Shown here: positions 12,731-21,615 of the stretch, piece after piece
Position numbering within the stretch: the first letter of the stretch is position 1
Layout of the letters: the number at the start of each line of letters is the position of its first letter
Assembly: GCA_963730935.1 (NCBI GenBank)
Contig: CAVSTP010000003.1
Location: 608,001-672,000, forward strand
Direction: 5' to 3'
Length of the DNA: 64,000 bases
Source of the DNA: an uncultured Nitrospiraceae bacterium
GTDB taxonomy: Bacteria > Nitrospirota > Nitrospiria > Nitrospirales > Nitrospiraceae
The notes under the pieces: model-generated
Seen by the model: only the letters and a program-made list of their open reading frames with translations
The model's database searches: none
What the model was told of the DNA's origin: nothing
Made by a program: the position numbers and the translations under genes

Positions 12731-13030
12731 ATGAGAGGCTCGATTGCCACGATATCTATCTGTATGCTGGTTGCGGCCATCCTGAACTATGGGGCGGTCG
12801 GCGCCGCCGAGTCGGACGGCGATAGTAACGCGTCATTCTCTGAGAAGGTTGGTGAAGGGGCCAAAAAGATCGGTCAGGCAATTGCAGACGGTATCAAGAA
12901 AACCGCGAAAAAGCTTGAAGACAAGCACGTACCCGAAAAGGTGGAACAGAAATTCAAGAAGGCGGCGGATAAGACCGCCGAAGGCTTTGGTAAGGCGGAG
13001 CGGAAAATCAAAGAAAAGCTGGCCGATTAG
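12731..13030 (+). CDS. Small secreted Lys/Ala-rich helical hypothetical protein
   Basis: GGAAAGG RBS, signal peptide, amphipathic helical repeats. Confidence 0.65.
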   Translation: MRGSIATISICMLVAAILNYGAVGAAESDGDSNASFSEKVGEGAKKIGQAIADGIKKTAKKLEDKHVPEKVEQKFKKAADKTAEGFGKAERKIKEKLAD

Positions 13031-13054
13031 CTGCCGAACACCTTCCTCGCCCTC

Positions 13055-13501
13055 TCATTTCTTCCGGAAACCGAAAAACGATCCGGCTCCTGCCGCCCCT
13101 GCCGAAGGCAAAAATCCGGTCACCACGTTCTTGAACCCTTCCGCTTCGCCGTGAAGCCACTGGATTGTTCGGGTAATCTGCCCTTCCAGCGCGTTCCAAT
13201 CCACGTCGATCCAGCCGGTCGTCTTCATGGCCGCCATGCACGCCAACACAACGGCCACCAGCATGGCGGCGATTCTCAAAAACCGGCGGAAGGCCCAACC
13301 GATCAAGAAGCCGCCGAGGTAACTGCCGCCGATCTGAGCGACGGCCGGGGAGGTGAAATTCCCGATCCAAGACGCTAGACCGCCGATCGTGGCCACGGCA
13401 ACGGCGAGAAACGATTTCGCCGCCCAGGGCGGGTCCGCGAGCATGGCCTCCCAGGCGGATGGGGCATGCGGGGCGGTTGAACAGGCCTCTTCTTCGATCA
13501 T
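13055..13501 (-). CDS. FUN14-family membrane protein
   Basis: IGGSYLGGFLIGWAFRR...GWIDVDW...GSFFGFRKK pattern typical of FUN14. Confidence 0.7.
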   Translation of the reverse strand: MIEEEACSTAPHAPSAWEAMLADPPWAAKSFLAVAVATIGGLASWIGNFTSPAVAQIGGSYLGGFLIGWAFRRFLRIAAMLVAVVLACMAAMKTTGWIDVDWNALEGQITRTIQWLHGEAEGFKNVVTGFLPSAGAAGAGSFFGFRKK

Positions 13502-13517
13502 GAAGTACTCCAGTCTT

Positions 13518-14378
13518 CTAAAGCTGGTTTGAAGAGAAGGTATCGCAGACGTCGGGATTGCCGGTCTCCAGTCCCTTCCGCAGCCAGGTCTTCCGCTGTT
13601 GAGACGAGCCGTGTGTCCAACTTTCTGGCTGCACGTACCCGCGGGACATCTTCTGCAGTCGATCATCTCCAATGGCTGCCGCAGCCGCGAGTCCCTCTTC
13701 AAAATCTCCGGGCTCGATCACGCCCCGTTCGCGGCTGGCATGGTAACCCCAGACTCCCGCAAGACAATCCGCCTGCAGTTCCATTCGCACCGAGAGGGCG
13801 TTGCCTTCCGTTTCGCTCGCGTGTCGCTGTAGGCGCTGAACTTTCTCCGCAATCCCAAGAAGATTCTGAACATGGTGGCCCACTTCGTGGGCGATGACAT
13901 AGGCCTGGGCAAAATCACCGGAAGCACCAAGCCGCTGAGACATTTCCTGAAAGAAGGACAGGTCCAGGTACAGCTTGCGGTCCTGTGGGCAATAGAACGG
14001 CCCCACTGCCGACGAGGTTGCGCCGCAGGCGGAATGCACGGCGCCGGTAAACAAGACCAGCCGCGGATTCTCGTATTGACGTCCCGCCTTGGGAAGCAGT
14101 TGGTGCCAGGTATCTTCGGTGTCGGCCAACACGACCGAGGCGAATCGACCGATCTCGTCTTTGACCGGCCCGGTCGGCACGGACTCGATCTGCGGCTCCG
14201 TCGTACTCTGGAGGCCGCTCATCAACTCGAGGAGGGTTAAGGGGTTCATGCCGGTGAAATAGCTGACCGCGAGGACGAGGACGATGCCACCGATCCCCAG
14301 TCCCCCGCCCATTCTCGCCGGGCCCAAGCTCCGCCTATCCTCAACATTCTCACTTTCACGTTGGCCCTGCCAGCGCAC
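13518..14378 (-). CDS. ypfJ: Neutral zinc metallopeptidase (YpfJ family)
   Basis: RWQGQRESENVEDRR start, GPFYCP, AHEVGHHVQ, ELQADCLAG, WTHGSS. Confidence 0.9.
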   Translation of the reverse strand: MRWQGQRESENVEDRRSLGPARMGGGLGIGGIVLVLAVSYFTGMNPLTLLELMSGLQSTTEPQIESVPTGPVKDEIGRFASVVLADTEDTWHQLLPKAGRQYENPRLVLFTGAVHSACGATSSAVGPFYCPQDRKLYLDLSFFQEMSQRLGASGDFAQAYVIAHEVGHHVQNLLGIAEKVQRLQRHASETEGNALSVRMELQADCLAGVWGYHASRERGVIEPGDFEEGLAAAAAIGDDRLQKMSRGYVQPESWTHGSSQQRKTWLRKGLETGNPDVCDTFSSNQL

Positions 14379-14512
14379 TCGCGTCCCCTCCCTCGTCGAG
14401 CAGTTGGATCCACGATACTGCGGTGCGGGAGAGAAGTCCAGGTGTGCGGTGATGAGATGCGAGGCCTTCCACAGTGGAAGGCCTCGCGATAGAGGCAACG
14501 AGAGGGGGTCAA

Positions 14513-15763
14513 TTATTGGGCGGCGACCTGCGACAAATCTTTCGGATACAGGACAATCTCGATTCGCCGGTTGGAGGACCGCCCTTGTTCCGAGTCATTG
14601 CTGTCGATGGGATGGGTATCCGCATATCCGACGGCCGATAGGGACTGAGGCTGGACCCCTCCCTGATCGATCAAGTAGCGCACGACGGTCGTCGCGCGCG
14701 CGGTGGAGAGCTCCCAATTGGTTTTGAACTTGTCCTGCAGCTTCGTGCTGATCGGGACGTTGTCGGTATGGCCTTCGATTCTGATTTGCTTGTCCGTAAT
14801 TTTGTTTAACACATCGCTGACTTGCTTGAGGACCTTCAAGCCCGCCGGCTTGATTTCGGCGCGGCCTGAGTCGAACAGCACACGGTCGACCATGTTGATC
14901 GTGAGACGATCCCGTACTTGTTGGATCTTGATGTTGCCTTTGGCGATCTCGTCCTTGAGTGACTGCGACAACTCTTCCTGCGTCTTGGTCAGGCGGCGAA
15001 TCTCGTCTTCCTTGGCGGCGCGTTCCTGTTCAAGGCGGGCTTTTTCTTCCGCCTCGGCCTTGAGGCGCTTCCGCTCTTCCTCCAGACTCGCGGACAGCTG
15101 GGACTGCTCCTGCTGGAGCCGTTCATGTTCCTTGGCGAGCCGGGCCTTTTCTTCCGCCTCGGCTTTCAGCCGCTGGCGTTCCTGATCAAGACTGGCAGAC
15201 AGCCTGGACTGTTCCTGGCGCAACTGCTCCCGCTCCTTCGCTACCCGGGCAGACTCGGCCTCCAGTTCCGCGGCCCGCTGTTGAAGCTTGACGATCTCGC
15301 TTTGAGCCGTGGCCGTCCCGCTGGCAAGCTGCTGCTTGTCGTTTTCCAGGGCGGCAATTTGCGCGCGTACGTCGCTCAACTCGCTACCAAGCTGGCCTTT
15401 TTCGCGCTCGAGACCGTCGAGCCGGCTCTGAAGTTCCGCCGAACGGGCAGACAACGCTTCGCGCTCTTTCTCAAGCGAGGCCGCCTGCTGTTCCGCGCTT
15501 TTGCGCTGGCTCGTCTCCTGATCGAGATTTTGCTGGAGTCCTGTCAATTGCTGCTGCATCTGATCAGAGTCGGCCTTGGACTTCTTTCTCAGTGCGTCTA
15601 ATTCCGCCGATTGGCTGGCCGACAGCTGCTTGGCCTTTTCCAGTTCCTCCAGCGCTTTCTGGTGCGTGTCGGTCGAGACACATCCGGCCCCCATGAGCAT
15701 GACAGAGGCCATCATGCCCGCTTGCAAGAAGATCCGATAATGACGGATGCGGTGCGGTGTCAT
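14513..15763 (-). CDS. Lipoprotein with long coiled coil and C-terminal OmpA/MotB peptidoglycan-binding domain
   Basis: Lipobox GAGC; VLFDSG, IEGHTDN, NWELSTARA, NRRIEI. Confidence 0.9.
   Translation of the reverse strand: MTPHRIRHYRIFLQAGMMASVMLMGAGCVSTDTHQKALEELEKAKQLSASQSAELDALRKKSKADSDQMQQQLTGLQQNLDQETSQRKSAEQQAASLEKEREALSARSAELQSRLDGLEREKGQLGSELSDVRAQIAALENDKQQLASGTATAQSEIVKLQQRAAELEAESARVAKEREQLRQEQSRLSASLDQERQRLKAEAEEKARLAKEHERLQQEQSQLSASLEEERKRLKAEAEEKARLEQERAAKEDEIRRLTKTQEELSQSLKDEIAKGNIKIQQVRDRLTINMVDRVLFDSGRAEIKPAGLKVLKQVSDVLNKITDKQIRIEGHTDNVPISTKLQDKFKTNWELSTARATTVVRYLIDQGGVQPQSLSAVGYADTHPIDSNDSEQGRSSNRRIEIVLYPKDLSQVAAQ
15020..15230 (-). repeat. Intragenic tandem duplication, 2 x 105 bp (35 aa)
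   Basis: EQLRQEQSRLSASLDQERQRLKAEAEEKARLAKEH / ERLQQEQSQLSASLEEERKRLKAEAEEKARLEQER. Confidence 0.8.
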
Positions 15764-16355
15764 AAGCCCTCCTGCATGAAGATGTAGATGTAGGATGAAT
15801 CAACCACGAGCAAAGTCGATGCCGTCAGTGAACCTGAATAGAGAAAACCCTAAAATGTGAGAAAGCACGGGAGTCTGAAGGTCTTCACTCGAGTAAAGTG
15901 GGATCATCACCGCGTCGACCGGTGCCAGAAGAAAGCGCCTCACCTGTAGGGACCAACGTACAGTGTGTACGGACCTATGGTGCACTGAACGCGCGGACCA
16001 ATCAAGATGCTCAAGCAAGACGTCCAAGAGGAGTGTGGAAAATTGTAGGCGGATGGGAGCGTGGGTAGAGATGTGAGGGAAGGCAGCGGGCGCTGCGCTC
16101 CCCGTTCAGGTAAATGGCTCGACGAGGCAGCGTTGTGGCCATGAGCAAATGCGATGCCGTGTTGAATCATTTCCCTCAAGCGTACAGAACTAGGAAGGCT
16201 CCCTGATTTGTGGTCGTGAGCTTTGCCATGGGGTCGGAAATGGGTTCGAGAGGGAAATGCGTCATTTACGACTGGATAATCACCCGTAGGGGACTGCATA
16301 CAATTTACAGGACCGCTGCTGAAGGGGGTTGACTCCCCCCTCGGACCTTCCCTTT

Positions 16356-16949
16356 ATGGTGGTTATGACGTTCTCCAGGCCCAAGACCATTCTCTTTCAT
16401 AAGCCCTACGATGTTCTGCCCTGTTTTACCGATCCTGAGGGACGGCCAACTCTCGCCGATTACATTGCTACGCCTGATGTGTACGCGGCCGGCCGTCTGG
16501 ACCGCGATAGCGAAGGCCTCATGATCCTCACCTCGGACGGGGCCCTGGCTCATCGCATTACAGATCCCACACACAAATTGCCTAAAGTCTATTGGGTCCA
16601 GGTGGAGCGCATCCCGGATGACGCAGCACTCGACCGCCTGCGCCATGGCGTCGTCTTGAGCGGCACACGCACGAGACCTGCCAAGGTACGACGCCTCACG
16701 CCGGAGCCGGCATTACCGGAACGGCCGGTGCCTATCAGAGTCCGCCGGTCTGTTCCCACTGTCTGGCTGGAGATGGTGCTTCACGAGGGCATGAACCGGC
16801 AGGTCAGGCGCATGACGGCTGCCGTCGGCCATCCGACGCTCCGGCTCGTGCGAGTGGCAATTGGTCCTGTCAAGCTCGGCGATCTTGCCCCCGGCCGTTG
16901 GCGCGTGATGACGCCTCAGGAGAGGGCGTCCCTTGACCGGCAAGGGTAG
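16356..16949 (+). CDS. rluE: 23S rRNA pseudouridine synthase E
   Basis: ILFHKPYDVL, AAGRLDRDSEGL, KVYWVQVE, EGMNRQVRRMTAAVGHPTLRL; no S4 domain. Confidence 0.85.
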   Translation: MVVMTFSRPKTILFHKPYDVLPCFTDPEGRPTLADYIATPDVYAAGRLDRDSEGLMILTSDGALAHRITDPTHKLPKVYWVQVERIPDDAALDRLRHGVVLSGTRTRPAKVRRLTPEPALPERPVPIRVRRSVPTVWLEMVLHEGMNRQVRRMTAAVGHPTLRLVRVAIGPVKLGDLAPGRWRVMTPQERASLDRQG

Positions 16950-16995
16950 GATGCGGGATTTGATGAATTTGTTGCCAAGAGCCACATTCGGTTCA

Positions 16996-17019
16996 TACTT
17001 ACGCTCAACAACGTAAGTA
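16996..17019. promoter_or_regulatory. Perfect 8-bp inverted repeat, candidate operator
   Basis: TACTTACG-N8-CGTAAGTA, 44 nt upstream of ATG 17063. Confidence 0.4.
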
Positions 17020-17062
17020 CCCACCACAGCTTCTCACCTTTCTGTTAGGAACGGAGGGGACC

Positions 17063-17296
17063 ATGAGAACTCACACGCAGCAAGCTTCCACCTCCCACCC
17101 AGTGGATCGGACGATGCTCTGGGCACTCAAGCGGCGGGGAGCCCAGACCATGGAAGGGCTCTCGTCGTTGACTGGGATCGGGTGGACACAGGTCTTTTTA
17201 TCGGTGGACCGCCTAAGCCGGATCGGCAAAGTGTCGTTAACCCCAGTCCGACCCTGTGAATATCGGATATCGATCGCTGGGCTGCTTCGTCGCTAG
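17063..17296 (+). CDS. Small hypothetical protein, possible winged-helix fold
   Basis: GGAGGGG RBS; LKRRGAQTMEGLSSLTGIGWTQVFLSVDRLSRIGKVSL has wHTH-like spacing. Confidence 0.6.
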   Translation: MRTHTQQASTSHPVDRTMLWALKRRGAQTMEGLSSLTGIGWTQVFLSVDRLSRIGKVSLTPVRPCEYRISIAGLLRR

Positions 17297-17321
17297 TCGA
17301 AGGAGAGGAGGGCGCTCGAGG

Positions 17322-18146
17322 TCAACGGCTGCGTATCATCCGGCCGATGATGCCGATGCCGATGCCGAGCAGAAGGTAGCCGGCGAGAACATTGATGACC
17401 ACTATGATCTGGCTCACGACATGAGTGGGCTGGTAATCCACGAGCCCTAGAGCCGCCGTGACATTCACGGAGTAGTAGACCGCCGACCACAACGGAATCC
17501 AGGCAGAGACGGTGTCCGAGCCAATCGGCTGAAGCCACTGTAGCTGGAAAAATAGCTCATACAGCACGCTGAACACGGCGATGGTGCCGATCACCCAGAG
17601 TCCCCAACGGGAGAAACTCGTGCCGTAGTTACTCGTGACCTTCCAGGCGAGTTGTCCCCAGGGGTGCTTCCCTTCCATTTTCGCCCATGTCACACGGGCA
17701 TTGCGCTCGTTCAAGTATTCCGTTTCAGACCAATCCAGCTCGCCCACTTCCGCGAAACAATGATTAGCCCGTGAGTACGAACGCACGGCCAAGTGTTGAA
17801 GATCATGCCGTGATGCGGTGGCCGTGGCCATTCGGGCCGCGCGCTCGGCCTGGTGTCCGGCGCTGGAATAGGCGCGAGCGGCCTGCGTGAACTGGCCGAT
17901 CCTGTGCAACTGTTGCCCTGCCTGGTGATAGGCCCGTGCTGATTCCTTGGCATCTCGGCTCTCCAGAAAATGCGCCGCCGCCAAAAAATAGAACGCCGAC
18001 TGCATGACTTCCGCCCGCGCCTCTTTTTGGCCGAACGCCTCCGCCTGTCGCAGGACGGCCTCGGCGGATTGGGCGGACTCCAACTCCATCTCGCCCTGTC
18101 GGTAATATTCTTGAGCGAGAGGATCGGTAAAGGTTTGCTCAGCCAT
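17322..18146 (-). CDS. TPR/SNAP-like helical domain fused to a 2-TM ion-channel-like pore domain
   Basis: Ala-rich helical repeats, then TSNYGTS, TM helix, pore-helix-like SAVYYSVNVTAALGLVDYQP, second TM helix. Confidence 0.65.
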   Translation of the reverse strand: MAEQTFTDPLAQEYYRQGEMELESAQSAEAVLRQAEAFGQKEARAEVMQSAFYFLAAAHFLESRDAKESARAYHQAGQQLHRIGQFTQAARAYSSAGHQAERAARMATATASRHDLQHLAVRSYSRANHCFAEVGELDWSETEYLNERNARVTWAKMEGKHPWGQLAWKVTSNYGTSFSRWGLWVIGTIAVFSVLYELFFQLQWLQPIGSDTVSAWIPLWSAVYYSVNVTAALGLVDYQPTHVVSQIIVVINVLAGYLLLGIGIGIIGRMIRSR

Positions 18147-18301
18147 CAGATCAGATCATGAGCAGGTGGTGTTGGGACGCCATATTACTCGAAAGACAGC
18201 CTGGCAGGAAAGCCCGTCCGAAGCGGGGGGTGCGTATTGACAACCCCGGTTGGCAGGGAGAAGAATTAACAGAAAAGGCCTTCCCATGGAGGGGAGACAT
18301 C

Positions 18302-18658
18302 ATGCGAGGGCTGCTGCTGTTTTCTCTATTGATCCTTTCGGCCTGTGCACTGCTGATCCCACCGGAATGCCGATACCTGAAGGCCGCGCAACACCATGCC
18401 ACAATGGCGGACGTCCAAGAGCGCCTTGGGCTGCCATTGACGAGAAATGATACACCCAACGGGACAACGTGGCTCTACGAAGTACTGGAAGAGCAACCGA
18501 CTCATCGCGGCACGCCGACCGGCTTCTGGTGCGACGAATATCGAGTAAGCTTCGATTCGAAGGGCGTCCTGCGAGCCTGGACCCACCGATCGTTTTTCCA
18601 TAAGGGAGAATTACAGCCCGAACCTTGTCAGGCGGGTTACGAGCATCTGGCGCTGTAG
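18302..18658 (+). CDS. Hypothetical lipoprotein (SmpA/BamE-like topology)
   Basis: GGAGGGGAG RBS, lipobox LSAC, TMADVQERLGLP...WLYE pattern. Confidence 0.7.
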   Translation: MRGLLLFSLLILSACALLIPPECRYLKAAQHHATMADVQERLGLPLTRNDTPNGTTWLYEVLEEQPTHRGTPTGFWCDEYRVSFDSKGVLRAWTHRSFFHKGELQPEPCQAGYEHLAL

Positions 18659-18780
18659 ATTGAAGTTGCTCTTGCCACCCATGCCATCACAAGCGGTCTC
18701 ATAGGTCTGGTCACCCTGCTGCTCTATCTACTCCGGTATGAGACGGATCTCCTAGCGGCTTCTGAATCGATTCTGTCGAA

Positions 18781-18830
18781 GGCCGCCGCCTGTGTCTTGA
18801 ACGTTCCGAGGTTCGGCGTTTCCCCGTTTT
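18781..18830 (-). pseudogene. Degenerate partial copy of the 49-aa gene at 18968-19117
   Basis: About 50-bp imperfect direct repeat of 19010-19060 encoding KTGKR/NLGTFKTQAAA, with a 1-bp deletion. Confidence 0.6.
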
Positions 18831-18967
18831 GCCCCTGTACGACACGGCACTCGCCGCGCCGCCCTAGCGCTCATTCTAACTACTTAGGAGGGTTGTTTGA
18901 CAATCGCACAGGAGAGTTTGTGGGATCAGGAACAGAGTAAAGAAGTTCTGTAGAGAAATTGGGCTTG

Positions 18968-19117
18968 TTAATGCCGTTTGAAGTACTGCACTTCCCGTTC
19001 ATGCTGCTCGGCTGCTGCCCGCGTCTTGAATGTTCCGAGGTTCCGGCGCTTCCCGGTCTTCGGGTTCTTCTTGCGCGAATACAACCGGTATCCGCCCGAT
19101 GACAATTTCCGGATCAT
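18968..19117 (-). CDS. 49-aa highly basic small protein (absent from the ORF track)
   Basis: MIRKLSSGGYRLYSRKKNPKTGKRRNLGTFKTRAAAEQHEREVQYFKRH*; starts 22 nt after the upstream oxidoreductase stop. Confidence 0.8.
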   Translation of the reverse strand: MIRKLSSGGYRLYSRKKNPKTGKRRNLGTFKTRAAAEQHEREVQYFKRH

Positions 19118-19138
19118 GCGATGTGACTCAGCGGGAAT

Positions 19139-20188
19139 CTAGATTTCAGCGACTTCCGCGATGATGGTGTGATAACCCGATGCGCCGGCCGGCTGGGGTC
19201 GGACCAGTTCAGCAATCTGCAGCTGGCCTTTGGTGTCGGTTGCCCGGACGACCGTTTGATACTTTCCGGGCTTAGGTGGCTTCCACGTGTAGCTCCAGAT
19301 GACCCATGAATAGGGGGACATGGGCGGTTCGATGCGACATTCATTCCACGTCCGGCCGGCATCGAGACTCAGTTCGACCTTGGCGATCGTGTGGGGTCCG
19401 CCAAACGCGATACCGCGGAAGGTCTGCTCGGGTCCTTTCAATGGCTGGTAGTGACCGGGGGAGTCGATCCGTGAAAAGACCTTGATCGTGCCGTCGTCCG
19501 TCCAACCTTTGCGCTGCCAGTAGCCAAGGTAGTCGCCAGGATACACTTCGATTTCGTGAATCCATTTCACGTTCTTGATGCCATAGAGGCCGGGCACGAT
19601 CAGACGGAGTGGGAATCCGTGCTCCTTCGGCAACTTCTCTCCGTTCATCAAAAAGGCGAGCATCACATCATCCTGCATCGCCCTGGTGAACGGGATGCTG
19701 TCATCGTATCCATCGATCCCGCGAAAGATCACGTCGCGCGCCGTTTCTTCGTCCGCGCCAGAATCTTGCAGCAGCTTTTTGAGTGAGATCCCCCGCCAGG
19801 TCGCATTTCCCAGGCTGTCGCCGCCGGGCAAGGTATCGATGCACATGAGGGTGGACACCTGGTCGTAAGAGTCCCGATTCAGGATGTCACGCCAGCCCAA
19901 GGACATCGGTGTTTTCACTTCACCTTTGACGGTCAATTTCCATTGTTCGATGTTGACCTCGCGGGAGACTGAAACGACGCTGTCGGCGTAGTTGACGACG
20001 TAGAACTTTGAATTACTGGTGAAGTAGGTCGTATCGCGGGGCGGGACCGCAAACATGCGACCGAAGACGCCCCCGACGGCGTCACAGCCGCCGGTCATGC
20101 CCATGAGGGCGCCAAGGCCGGTGGCTTTCAAGATGGTTCGACGCGAGATGCGCATGGGTTCGTATCCGTTGAGAATTCTTTCATTCAT
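19139..20188 (-). CDS. Tat-exported molybdopterin oxidoreductase, sulfite oxidase family (start may be 20155)
   Basis: Tat motif SRRTILK plus GGC; Mo-ligand Cys in TLMCID; EHGFPLRLIVPGLYGIKNVKW; C-terminal dimerisation domain. Confidence 0.9.
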   Translation of the reverse strand: MNERILNGYEPMRISRRTILKATGLGALMGMTGGCDAVGGVFGRMFAVPPRDTTYFTSNSKFYVVNYADSVVSVSREVNIEQWKLTVKGEVKTPMSLGWRDILNRDSYDQVSTLMCIDTLPGGDSLGNATWRGISLKKLLQDSGADEETARDVIFRGIDGYDDSIPFTRAMQDDVMLAFLMNGEKLPKEHGFPLRLIVPGLYGIKNVKWIHEIEVYPGDYLGYWQRKGWTDDGTIKVFSRIDSPGHYQPLKGPEQTFRGIAFGGPHTIAKVELSLDAGRTWNECRIEPPMSPYSWVIWSYTWKPPKPGKYQTVVRATDTKGQLQIAELVRPQPAGASGYHTIIAEVAEI

Positions 20189-20329
20189 TATCGTACAGCC
20201 GCCATACTTGCTGCAACGTGCGGCTCACGCTCGTGCGGCTGATAGTGCGTGACTGAACGAGTACCCCGCTGCTTACATCCAACTACGACGAGAGGAGGCG
20301 AGAGCGATACTCATTGAAGAGGAATCGTC

Positions 20330-20377
20330 AACTGTCAGTTTTGACAGTTCCTCTGATCGCAGCCTCGTGGCTACACT
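20330..20377 (+). promoter_or_regulatory. Regulon palindrome site 1 plus -10 element
   Basis: AACTGTCA-GTTT-TGACAGTT (core 20332-20347); TACACT at 20372. Confidence 0.75.
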
Positions 20378-20408
20378 AGTCGGCCATTCTCTTCACGGAG
20401 GAGGGAGT

Positions 20409-20891
20409 GTGTTTGACAAGGCACTTCACGATGCTGCCCCAGGGAAGGTGCGTATGGCCTCATGTGATGATGAGGTGCGGTGGCTGCGGCTCACGATCTG
20501 CGCGTTAGTGGTAGGTGTATGTGCCGGTTGCGCCGGAGGGTCGCCTCAACAGGACGCCTCCTGGAAGGTGGTGCCGATCACCGAAGTTGGGATGGTCGTC
20601 GGTGAATGGGAAGGGCTGGTGAAGAAGGATCATGCGTCGCTCCCCGAAGGATCGGTTCGTCTCATGATTCGGGCCAACGGCACCTATCTGTTTGCGGGTC
20701 AAACCGCGTCCAGAGCGGCTGTTGGGTCCGGAGATCTCGAAACGCGCGACGGCCGATTGGTCGGAGACACAGAGAAGCGCGCCGTCACATTTACGTTGTA
20801 CGACCATAAGGGTAAAGCCGTGGTGCTCGTCGAATCGATTATCCATGAAACAGGAGAGCGCTATCGCGGTGAATTTACCAAGGTGCAGTGA
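20409..20891 (+). CDS. Hypothetical lipoprotein
   Basis: GGAGGAGGG RBS before GTG 20409 (alternative ATG 20454); hydrophobic stretch with CAGC lipobox. Confidence 0.65.
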   Translation: MFDKALHDAAPGKVRMASCDDEVRWLRLTICALVVGVCAGCAGGSPQQDASWKVVPITEVGMVVGEWEGLVKKDHASLPEGSVRLMIRANGTYLFAGQTASRAAVGSGDLETRDGRLVGDTEKRAVTFTLYDHKGKAVVLVESIIHETGERYRGEFTKVQ

Positions 20892-20976
20892 GGATCGTAG
20901 GGCATCTGAATTCTGGGATCTTGCATAGAGGACGACGCTTGAACGAAGATGGCGTTGTCATCTGTGAGGCACTGCC

Positions 20977-21603
20977 ATGCGAATGTTTCGAACGAACAGA
21001 GTCTCCCTCTGGCCGTTCATCGGTTTCACGGTTGTGCTGCTCTGGCAGGGATGCAGCGGAGACCGATACAAGACGGTGGTCGATGCGGCGGGAGCCGGAC
21101 TCAGCTCCCTAACCCTGGCGGACGACTATCGACACCAGCGACGCATACAGGAAGTCTTAGTTGCAGAGCCTAAGTTCGCCGGCCTCGTGCTGACAGCCTA
21201 TGTCTTCATGGATCACGGCTATGTTGTCGGCCATGTGCATAGTCCCGAGCAGGCCGAAGCTGTGTACAAGACGGCGAGGAAGGTGGAAGGTCTCAGATCG
21301 CTCAACGCGTTTCTCCCGGTCAAACATACTTCGACCGTCGATACCGTTGGGAAGGTCTCACCGGATGCCGCATTGAAGGCGCAAGTCGAGGCAGAGCTTG
21401 CGCGCACTCCTGGTGTGGTGGACACGCGCGTGCACGTCGAAATCCTAGACGACCGTGCGATTTTGCTCGGTGTCGTGTCAGGTAGCGAAGAAAAGACACG
21501 TGCGGAACATGCCGCGGCATCCACCCTCGGCGTCAAGCGCATCATCAACTGGTTGTTGTTGCCGGAAACTGAGTATTTGGCGATCCGGTCACAGGTGTTT
21601 TAG
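20977..21603 (+). CDS. Dual BON-domain lipoprotein (OsmY/DolP-like)
   Basis: Lipobox WQGC; DAALKAQVEAEL...VHVEI...AILLGVV...LGVKRIIN BON pattern. Confidence 0.8.
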   Translation: MRMFRTNRVSLWPFIGFTVVLLWQGCSGDRYKTVVDAAGAGLSSLTLADDYRHQRRIQEVLVAEPKFAGLVLTAYVFMDHGYVVGHVHSPEQAEAVYKTARKVEGLRSLNAFLPVKHTSTVDTVGKVSPDAALKAQVEAELARTPGVVDTRVHVEILDDRAILLGVVSGSEEKTRAEHAAASTLGVKRIINWLLLPETEYLAIRSQVF

Positions 21604-21615
21604 AGACGCGGTGTT

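Noticed and set aside
15800..16330. Short ORFs and lux-box-like fragments (acctgtaggg...gtacag) in the 0.5-kb intergenic region
   Set aside because: No convincing RBS or coding signal, and the spacing does not match the 16-bp motif
20341..20346. TTGACA inside the palindromes as an ordinary -35 box
   Set aside because: The distance to the -10-like hexamers is about 24-25 nt, not 16-18, and some copies lack TTGACA
20332..20347. Palindrome as a LexA SOS box (CTGT-N8-ACAG fits)
   Set aside because: The downstream genes are not DNA-repair genes, the inner CA/TG positions are conserved, and the fixed position upstream of the -10 fits an activator; not formally excluded
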